Positions 1 through 9,329 of a stretch of 45,685 nucleotides of DNA are shown in pieces (the first letter of the stretch is position 1; every line of letters starts with the position of its first letter). The notes below the pieces were generated by a model that saw only the letters and a list, made by a program, of their open reading frames with translations, had not been told where the DNA came from and ran no database searches. Source of the stretch: Octopus bimaculoides. Taxonomy: Eukaryota. The position numbers and the translations under genes are program-made. The stretch spans positions 35,436,758 to 35,482,442 of the forward strand of contig NC_068997.1 in NCBI RefSeq assembly GCF_001194135.2, in the 5' to 3' direction.

Positions 1-166
1 GGGCCATCTACCTGAAGGGGTTTGTGTTTTATCTACCTTCCAACTTATTAGGACTTTGGTTTTAGCTAGGTTGACTCTAAGGCCCTTCAATTCTAGACCT
101 TGCTTCCACACCTGAAACTTCTCCTCTAGTTCTGATAGTGACTCCGCAATTAGGGCAAGGTCATCA
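1..166 (-). mobile_element. RTE-clade LINE reverse transcriptase fragment (continues off the left edge)
   Basis: Colinear with 33701-33866 (6 mismatches in 166 nt). Minus strand reads DDLALIAESLSELEEKFQVW and is cut off within the YADD motif. Confidence 0.9.
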
Positions 167-233
<67 letters not shown>

Positions 234-260
234 TTATATATATATATATTTGTGTGTGTA
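167..260. repeat. Compound (TA)n/(TG)n microsatellite
   Basis: Directly visible dinucleotide tracts. Confidence 0.95.
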
Positions 261-281
261 TCCCATCGCTTGACAACCGAT
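261..281 (+). mobile_element. Short remnant of the SINE family seen at 12828-13093 and 37133-37310
   Basis: CCATCGCTTGACAACCGAT after a TA/TG tract matches the reverse complement of ATTGGTTGTCAAGCGATGG in both other copies. Confidence 0.45.
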
Positions 282-283
282 AA

Positions 284-1194
284 ACCAATATTTCTCCAAG
301 AAATATGAAATTCATGTGTATAAGAATATGCACAAGATAAAATTCATACGTCACATGGTGCAAAGCAATAGGGAATAAACAACATTATCAATATGATGAC
401 TACATGCTAATTTGGGGTTATAGAGGCCCTATTTAACTCAGTTTAGTGCAACTTCTCATAGAAATATGTTTACTTACCAGTTAATTTATCCATTTCTTGA
501 AAATCTGGATCAAAATTGATATTTGAATCCTTGAATTCGTCTTCTGTATGACATCTAGCTGAGTGGGAATCCATCATTTTGACAAATAGTGTCAATATGT
601 ATTAATCATATGCAAAATACATCAGTTTACCACCCTCTTTTTTTCACTTCACACATTTTCGCCATACCGTGGCCAGAATCAGTAATGTCCACAATGATTT
701 AGTAAGAAATTTTTCTTTGTTATGGTATAAAATTCTTGAAGAGATTGTTCTTTTCTACATGAAAATTAACTATAAAATTTTCACTTTTATATTTTGTAAT
801 AATTATCTGACCTACTCCCATCGAGTTTTATGCCAAAATAAAGCTAAAAGATTCATCTACATATGTATATAATTTTCAACAAAATTTGAGTTATGGTGCT
901 TGAGCACATTGAACTAGAATGAGGGCTACTGTCCAGCAGACAAAATAATAAAAAAAAGGAGACAAACTTTGAAAATAGGTGAAAATATCAGGGTGTTTAA
1001 GGGGCCTTGATATGATATGTAACTGTTGGATTTGAATTAAAACTATATTAGAAGAAAGCTCACATCCAATGCTTTTAAATGATATACAATTTTCTATGGA
1101 AAAAGTTTATTTTGGCATGAACATGATAAAGCAAAAAATGTGATTTTTTGTGTTCAAATTGTTTGTTTCCATTATACAGTTCTCTATAGTGATA
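284..1194. mobile_element. Partial copy of an unclassified non-coding element with short terminal inverted repeats
   Basis: Aligns by eye with 5261-6035 (ACCAATATTTCT, GGGAATAAAC, AGAAATATG, CACCCTCTTT, ATTATCTGACCTAC blocks) and ends in TATAGTGATA (1185-1194). Confidence 0.6.
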
Positions 1195-1921
1195 CACCAA
1201 CTTTTGTTTTACATCGTTCAGGTTTTATTTTTTTTTATGTATAAAAAATTTTTTTAGTCAGAAAATAAAAAAAAAATCTTTTAGGTTGTTTTTTTTTATC
1301 TGATGAGTCAGCTACAAATGGTTGAGAGTGGTAAGTAAAGCAAACAGAATTCATTTTGATGAAATTACAAATTATTGATGAATCACTCTCCTGTGATTGA
1401 CAGTTGGTTATAGGTTTAGTTTTAAGTTTAGCATTGGTTTTTACTTTGTTTGAAATGTATTAAAGCTTTGAATATTAATAATTAATGATAGTAATCAGTT
1501 TCTTACCATGTTTATGTGGTTATTTGCCAAGTACACTCAATGCTTTGAACATTGAAGTATTGTGTGAAATTATTTTATTGGCTTTTCATATTTTAGTCAT
1601 TTTTTAAAAATGAGTTTTCTAGGCAAATCTAGTCATCTGTGATCTTGAGCATGAGGAAGTAAGTCAAGAGCATTTTGCTCAAATACAGTGTGTGTTTGTG
1701 GAAGGCATTACATGTATGAGAATGTACGATATATATGACAAATCATTTTGACAAAAACTAGCAGATTTACATTTGTACCACTTTGTTTTTGGTACGTGCC
1801 ACTTCCTGCCATATCCCATGAAAAGCATCATATTTAAAACCTATCTTTGTATTTTATAAGAGTCAGCTGAAAAGTTCATAGGCTGACCAAGATACTCTCA
1901 TGGAATGTATCCAGATGAGGT

Positions 1922-2925
1922 TTATTTTTCAACATAAACCTCTTGCAGTCCACAATGCTTGGATTCCATTGGTAAAGAAGCTTTCATCCTGTTGATCAAA
2001 AAGTCATAAACCACAGGTATGAAGTAATCATCACTGATGCTGGTTCCCAGCCAAGTGTTTTTTCATGTTGGGGAACAGATAATAGTCAGATGGGGTGATA
2101 TCAAGAGAATAGGGAGGGTGATTAACCAGTTCAAAACAACAGTCATGCACAGCAGACATTGAAACCAAGGACTTGTGTGATGGACCATTGTCTTGATGAA
2201 ACAAGACTCTTTGGTCCATTTTCCTGGGTGTTTGGTCTTGATAGGCTTTTGTAACTGCCTCAGCAAGTTGGCATTGTACTCTCCATTGATTGTGCAGCTT
2301 TTTTGAAAATAGTCAATAAGCACAATGCCTTTTGCATCCCAAAAAACTAAGGTCATCACCTTCCCTGCAGATGAAATTACCTTCTTTGGAGCAGGTGAGT
2401 CAGAGTGTTTCCACTGTATGGATTGTCTCTTTGTCTCTGGTTCAAAGTGATGAACCTTACACTCATCCTGGGTTAGGAAACGTTCAAGGGAACCAGCTGG
2501 ATCTGCCTCAAACAATGTGAGATTTTCCTGTGATGTGATGAGCCTGGTATACTTTTGTTCAGGTGTCAGAAGATGTGGCACCTACCAAGCAGAAACCTTT
2601 GTTCATTGTGCAGAATATTCTTAACTCTTCCACAAGATATGCTAATAGCATTAGCTATTTGATTTATAGTCAATTGCCTGCTATCTGTCACCTTGTGTTG
2701 GACATGATCAATGTTTTCCTCAGTGATGGCAGTTGCAGGACATCCAGGCATTGGGTCATCTTCAAAATTCTACCTTCCTCTCCTAAATTCAGCTGTCCAC
2801 TTTTGTACTGTTGATAAAACTGGAGTGTCATCACCTAGTGTAGCAACTATATCAGTATGAATGTCCTTGGGTGCTGAACCCTTTTTCTGTAGCTACTTGA
2901 TAACACCATAATGTCAAATTTGTTG
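1922..2925 (-). pseudogene. Degenerate mariner transposase
   Basis: Motifs across frameshifts: TVQKWTAEFRRGR, PHLLT, TQDECKVHHFEPETKRQS, SAGKVMTLVFWDAKG, FHQDNGPSH, HPPYSLDITPSDYYLFP, YVEK*. Contains stops and frameshifts. Confidence 0.9.
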
Positions 2926-3516
2926 ATCTCCAAGAGAAGTCGCTATTAATTACTTTTGAAGCAGGTATCACTATAAATTCTTGAAAATATGTAAATGTAA
3001 TTTTTACTGTACTTTTTCATGGGCATCCAAAAACATTTTGGTACTCCATTTGTGAAATTTGGATGAATATTTTAGGAAATATGACAATTTGAATGGTCAG
3101 CAAATTGGTTGAAATTTTGCCTAGTGAGTAATACTTAACCATATTTGTGATGTCACATCTTTGAAACTTAGGTGATAATCATCTTCAAAATAAAATAGTT
3201 AGCAAGCTATAGCAGATGACTATTTTTACTTTCAAGTTCTTGGAAAGCAAACTTTGTTTTTTGACAGTTTTTTTTAAAGATTTTATGTAAAGCCTAGTTA
3301 CAAACAATTTCATGGTTTTCCAGACCTAGCTAAATACAAAAGTATAAGTGACAGGGACTTGAGTTTTGGCACATTTGTTGTAGGTATAGAACTAAATATA
3401 TTCTGAGATTTTGGGACATGAAACTAGTTTGATAAAATTTCAATGGACTATTAGAAATGGCTGTAAATAGTAAAGTTTCAAATCAGGATGCCCACATATA
3501 AGTTGGGTTTTCTTGT

Positions 3517-4982
3517 AACCAGCAGAACTGAGAAAAACATCGCAAAGGGCTTCTCACTCAGAGTGAAAGGTTGATTGTACGATGTATGTGTGCGAACTGC
3601 CATGCTTCACCGCAGTGAAACATGGGCCATGACTGCTGAAGACATGCGAAGGCTCAAAAGAAATGTAGTTAACATGATCTGCTGGATGTGTAATGTCAGT
3701 GTGCACACACAACAGAGTGTAAGTGCCCTGAGAGAAATGTTGGAGATAAGAAGCATCAGATGTGGCATGCAAGAGAGACATTTGCGCTGGTATGGTCATG
3801 TACTACAGATGGATGAGGAGAGCTGTGTGAAGAAGTGCCACTCCCAAACAGTGGAAGGAATCTGGGGTAGAGGGAGACCCAGGAAGACATGTGATGAGGT
3901 GGTCAAGCATGACCTTTGAACGTTGGGCCTCACAGAGACAATGACAAGAGACCGAAACCTCTGGAGATATGGTGTGACTGAGAAGACCCGGCAAATAAAG
4001 TGAGTTCACAGCTGTAACCCACATCAGTGTTACATAACTAGCCCACTCAAAAGTTCCTTGGATTGTAGGGTGACATGGCATGCTTGAGGAGACCTATTGA
4101 GTCAAGTACATCAAAATCAAATCAAATCCCATTCAGATGGAAATTGTAGTTGTGATCCCCATGCCGGTGGCACGTAAAAAGTACCACCTGAACGTAGCCA
4201 ATGCCAGTGTCGCCTTGACTGGCTTCCATGCTGGTGGTATGTAAAAAGCACCATTCGATCATGGTCAATGCCAGCCCCCTCTGGCCCCTGTGCCAGTGGC
4301 ACGTAAAAAAGCACCTCCTACACTCTGAGTGGTTGGCGTTAAGAAGAGCATCCAGCTGTAGAAACACTGCCAGATCAGACTGGAGCCTGGTACAGCCTTC
4401 TGGCTTCCCAGACCCTAGTCAAACTGTCCAACCCATGCCAGCATGGAAAACGGACGTTAAATGATGATGATGTACATGCAGCTGTGACGGGAAATTGTTG
4501 AATCACCATCCGTGAGTTATGAGAGGATGTGCAGTTTAGTTATGGTTCAGTTCAGTCCATAATCACTGAAGATTTGGGTAAGAGATGCATGTCTGCCAAG
4601 TTTATGCCAAAACTGCTTTCAGCTGACCAAAAAGACACTCAGGGTTCCAGTTGCACAAGCTCTTCTTGATTATGTTGAGAATGATCAAAACATTTTGAAA
4701 ACTTTGCATTGGCCACTAAGTAGGCATCGCCAAACTTTTGGCAAAATTTGATGCAGATTCTCTGCTCAGTTTTATCTCTCATGGTCAATGCGACAATCAC
4801 ATGCTACATACCTTCCTTCCAAGCATTGCTGTAAACAGTGGATGTGAGCTAGAACAAAAAAACTTAATGCGCATGCACAGCAGAATTCAAGGTCAATCTG
4901 TGGCAAGCAGCTTTACTCTGCATGCTTTAGCTTTGTTACTATAGCAACAGTCTAGACTACTTATTAATCAGACCACACATAT
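3517..4982 (+). mobile_element. Partial copy of fold-back mariner derivative (second family), split by an RTE
   Basis: 3517-3544 plus 4469-4705 read TSRTEKNIA/DVHAAV..ITIREL..GSVQSIITEDLG..SAKFMPKLLSADQK..NILKT, followed by an inverted copy of the element 5' end to 4982. Same junction as 13546-14375. Confidence 0.8.
3543..4472 (+). mobile_element. 5'-truncated RTE LINE with complete 3' UTR and (TGA)n tail
   Basis: KGFSLRVKG.LYDVCVRTAMLHRSETW..HLRWYGHV..GRGRPRKT, then a UTR ending CCATGCCAGCATGGAAAACGGACGTTAAATGATGATGATG. Confidence 0.92.
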
Positions 4983-6479
4983 ATAAAAAAATTTTTTTTA
5001 ATATTTTCAAACGGAAAGTTGTGAGATTTTAGAGAGATTAAGCTGTTGTCTCTAGCACATTTCATGACCGCTTGGTACCTTTCTTAGAAATGCATGTAGA
5101 GCTAGATTAAAAAAACAAGTAAAATCTGAAAACCAGTTCCTTGCTTTAACTTTAAAAGCATAAATTAGATATTAAAAACATCTGCAACTTACAGCAAACT
5201 TTAAAAAAACAAAACAAGCATCACATCTGACAAAATATAATTATTATTGGTGAAAATTTGACCAATATTTCTTAAAGAGCAACAAAATTTGCATGTACTA
5301 GAATATCTACTAGTTAAAATTTGAACATTGGTCTCCACACATTAAAATAGCAAGAGGGAATAAACAGCATTCTCAGTATGGCAATTCAATGCTAACCGTG
5401 AGCTTATGTAGCTCAATTTAGTGGGGTTTTTTTTTTTTTTTTTTCCAGAAATATGCTTACTTAGGAATTAGTTCAGCCATTTTTTGAAATTCTGGCTCAA
5501 CCTCAATATCTGAAGCTTTGGATTTATGTTCTGGTTGATCTCTCTCATGTGAGAATACACCACCCTCTTTATCAACTTTGTGCTTTTCGCCATGTTGTGG
5601 CTAGATTCAACAATGACCATACTGAATTCGCAAGAAAATTTTCTTCCTTATAATATAAAAATGTTGAAGAAAATTGTTCTTTTCTAAGTGAAAATTAATG
5701 GTAAAATTTTCACTTTTATATTTCATAATGATTATCTGACCTACCCCCATTGATTTTTATATCCAGTGCATTGAACTAGAGTGAGGGCTTTCATTCACCA
5801 GTCAAAAAAAAAAAAAAACTTTGTGAATAGGGACAAACTTTGTGAATAGGTGGAAAAAGAATGGTGACTGAGAAGACCTGGCATGATATTTAAGTGTAAG
5901 CCTTTGATCATAACTATATGAGGAGAAAGTTTACATTCAGATTTTCCATGGATAAAATGTATTTTGACATGAAAATGATCGAGCAAAAAGTGTAAGTTTG
6001 AATTTGTCTTCCTTCTATACTGCTCTGTAGTAATATCTTGTTAGAATGTCAGATGTCAGTTTACCTAGAAAGAGACAATGCAGTTATTAATAAGATCTGA
6101 AATTAATGCATGCAAGATTTCAAAACTCTAATGTCACTCCTTCATAGCCAGCCTATGAACATTTCAACCCACCCTCATATACTTCATTCAACCTATTCAC
6201 ATTGTATATCTGTTTGACCACACACCACTCATTCCTTGCCAAGTATACTCTGCTCTCCTCGTCCATGTTAGAGTGTATCTGTAATACATGGCTCATATAA
6301 TTTTCCCTTTTTTTACCCCCCAACATATGTGGTAGGTCTCAAAAGTTTTTCAAGTAAACAATGGAATTTTCTCCCTCCCTACTCCCACAGCCCATCCTAA
6401 TATCTTTAATCCCTGCTTTTGTTTCCCTTTTTTATGACTTAGTCAAAAGGTAGGGGCATTGTCCTTTCCAAGTACTCTG

Positions 6480-7790
6480 ATACTAGTGATGTTGACATAT
6501 AATTATGTTTAACCATTAGTCAACATCTGTAGGTAAAAGATGGTTGGTAAAGGAATTCCAGAGTGTTGACACTAGGGAAGAAAAAAGATTAGGTTTGTGG
6601 TTAGTGTAGAAGTGATGAGAGAAGGTGAGATATATAAATCAGATGAATACCTTAGTGGAAATTGTATACCACTAACTAGTTCAGTGGAGCAGAAACTGCT
6701 GTAAGGGTGATGGCACATATCTGAGGGTCAGAGGGCCAGTGTGTTAAGAGTGAATCTTTGTTAATCAACTGGATGACTTATTTACTGACAGTCTGGGATG
6801 TTTGTTTGTGTATGGAAGCAGTATTCCATTGTAAGTCTTATTTAAACTCAGTAGAAAACCTGCAACTGAACAGAGATGAAGTGTTTTCCACATGAAGAGG
6901 AAGGTTTGTCTTTGGAATGCAATGTTGGTGATGTTTTGTGTGTGAGATTACCAAGAAAGACCATCAGAGATTGTTATACCTAGTTTTTGCTCCTAGTTAG
7001 TGTTTTAATTGCATTTTGTGCAAGACTACAAATGGTGAGAGTAGTGAGTATATATTTGTGGTACTGAGGTAAACAAGATTGTCATTTTTCTATTGAAGGA
7101 TATTTCCAATGTTTTTATATTCATGTAAGCAGTGCAAGTTTCCATATGGGTAATGCTTGTGTGTGGAAGGTTATGGAAGAATGATCATTGTTAGAGGTGA
7201 CAGCAAGTGGGTCATTAACAAAAGGGAGGAAGAATTTGAAGGAGATAACCAAGCCTTGATACATGCTGGGTTGATAAAGGGTAGGTTGGAAAGAACCCCT
7301 ACAATACACACTGCAATTGTGTAATATTACAGGAAACTTCCAATCTAAGACATGAGAGGTGAATAAAGCCAACAGGTTGGTTGCTCAGCTTAGCGGTGCT
7401 CATGTCAGAGTCTATCAAAGGCTTTACTGATGTCTTTTGAAACAATATTGCTTTTACCAAGCTCCTCAAGAATAAGGTATCACTGGTGAGTGACATAGGA
7501 AAGAAGACTTGTAGATCTAAATCTATGACAGCCTGTGTTCTGGTTATTAAAGAAGAGTAAGGAAAAGAGAGACTTGAGGTATGGAGGAGGTGATTGTTAG
7601 CTGTTTTCATCACCTTTGAAACTTTAAAATGAGATCAGTGGTTAGAGAGATTGCTTTTTTGGGGTATGAAATATTAGAATAGTTCCTTTTTGAGAAAGAA
7701 AGGTTAAAGAGTTTGATGAGGATATGAGCTAAGTCTAGTTTGAGGATAACAGAAGTGACATAAGTGTAGCCTAGCAACTGGAGGTTTTTT
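6480..7790 (-). mobile_element. Highly degraded CR1/L2/Jockey-group LINE (RT and C-terminal region)
   Basis: Minus strand SKVMKT (about 7610), DISKAFDRL*H (7400-7432), GLVISFKFFLPFVND (PQGSVLSPxLF-IND like), LGITISDGLSW. Many frameshifts. Confidence 0.7.
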
Positions 7791-7806
7791 TAAAAAACTT
7801 GGCATA

Positions 7807-9328
7807 TAAACTGCTTTTCAAAAGTATAAAGCTGGAGCACTGTTTTTTTCTGATGAACTATACTTCCCAAATCCATGAAACACATCTAGATAGGAAATGG
7901 AATAGAAGAAGGCATTGCAATATTCAAATTTATTGAAATCCAAAAATAAATTAGATAATAATTCAAAACCATACAGAGCCAGAAAATCCCCTACTCAAAA
8001 CTATAATGCCAGGTTGAATAATGTTGCCAAAATGATACAAAACAGGGAAATTATGATATATTTCAATGATATTTTCATGCAATGCATCACCAGTAGTGTT
8101 TGACCACCACCTTTCTGAATTACTTCAAAGATACATGATTTCATGCTCCCAGTCAACTTCTGCAGCAGATCTAGTGGAAGCTCTTCCCAGGCCTTCTTTA
8201 TTGCCATTTCAAGTTCATCAATAGATGAATACTGCTTGCCTTCACTGTACACAACATTTGTGAGATATCCCCAGGCATTCTCTATAGGATTAAGGTCAGA
8301 ACTTCTTGCTAGCCATGGAGGAAATCCAAAAGTTGCCTTTGCTTTATGAATAGGAGCATTGTCCTGTTGAAATATAAAGTTCTCATCATGGAGCCATCTT
8401 CCTTCATCAATGTGAGCCCTGTCCAACATTTCAATGTATTATGCAGCATTGAAAAGGCCATCCATGATGACAGGTAGCAGCTTCCTATTGGCAGATATTG
8501 CTCCCCACACCATAAGACCTCCTCCACTGTTCTGCCACTTGGAATAAGTAGAATTTTGTATACATTTATCTGTCCAGTGATACTTATAACCATCAGGGTC
8601 ATCCAAATTCCATTTTTTCTCATCTGAGAACAGAACCCTGGTTCATTCATTCAATATCCCATGTCTGATGCTGCCAAGCAAATTCCAATCTAAAAGCATC
8701 CTAGCTGCATTTTCAGGTGGAAACCACGGTTCAAAATCGCTCTTCTTAAAGTGAATGTTGAGGTTCCTATTCTTGATGATGCCTTGATTTTGGAAACAGA
8801 AGAGTAACGTGACTTCTTAACAGCTCTGACAATGGCCCTTTCATCTCTTTCTAGCTATGGGATGTCTACCAGCATGAACCCTGTTGTAGCTATCATGATC
8901 TTCCAGAAAATTGTCCTCTAGTGTCCTGCTTTGCCATTTCATCTTAGAAATCTTCCAGTTACTCATTCCTTCTGCTTTCAGTGCAAGAATCTTCCCTTGC
9001 TCAATTTTGGAAAGCTTTGTATCTTTAGGTTTACTGAAAATGTAATCTGGATCGTGGTGAATACAGTTGAGTTGAATATTTTCCAAAACAATCTGGAAAG
9101 AAATGAAAATGTATTGGTGGTTTTATAGTTTTGAAGTGTTTGTATTCTAGGGAAATTTAGAAAATCAGGTGTTGTAATGTGATAATAAAGATACATGGTT
9201 TACATTTCAAAGTATTCACAAAATACACATTTACAATATATTATCTCCCTTAGTCCACATAAATATAGAGCTAAATTTCTTATTAGATTAAAAAAACATG
9301 TGGCTTTATAGTTTTGAATAGTAGTTTA
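7807..9328 (-). mobile_element. Tc1/Tc3-like DNA transposon with IR/DR-type ends, transposase decayed
   Basis: KLSKIEQGKILALKAEG, FSDEKKWNLDDPDG, FQQDNAPIH, DLNPIENAW. TA at both ends. Motif TTCAAAA(C/G)TATAA(A/T)GC occurs twice per end (about 7817, 7995; inverted about 9120, 9303). Confidence 0.85.
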
Positions 9329-9329
9329 T

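Larger units (their letters stand above)
2966..6035. mobile_element. Unclassified non-coding TIR element inserted in the mariner 5' region and itself carrying nested inserts
   Basis: Starts TATCACTATA (2966-2975) and ends TGTAGTAATA (6026-6035, 8/10 inverted match). The right part is homologous to 284-1194. Flanks join into continuous mariner sequence. Confidence 0.6.
1857..6177 (-). mobile_element. Mariner (DD34D-type) DNA transposon interrupted by a 3.07 kb nested insertion
   Basis: Inverted repeats 1857-1887 and 6147-6177 (24/31 identical), each flanked by TA. Removing 2966-6035 leaves about 1.25 kb, a typical mariner length. Confidence 0.85.

Noticed and set aside
1312-1336. Possible micro-exon with a GTAAGT donor
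   Set aside because: Weak acceptor, 19 nt, no recognisable peptide.
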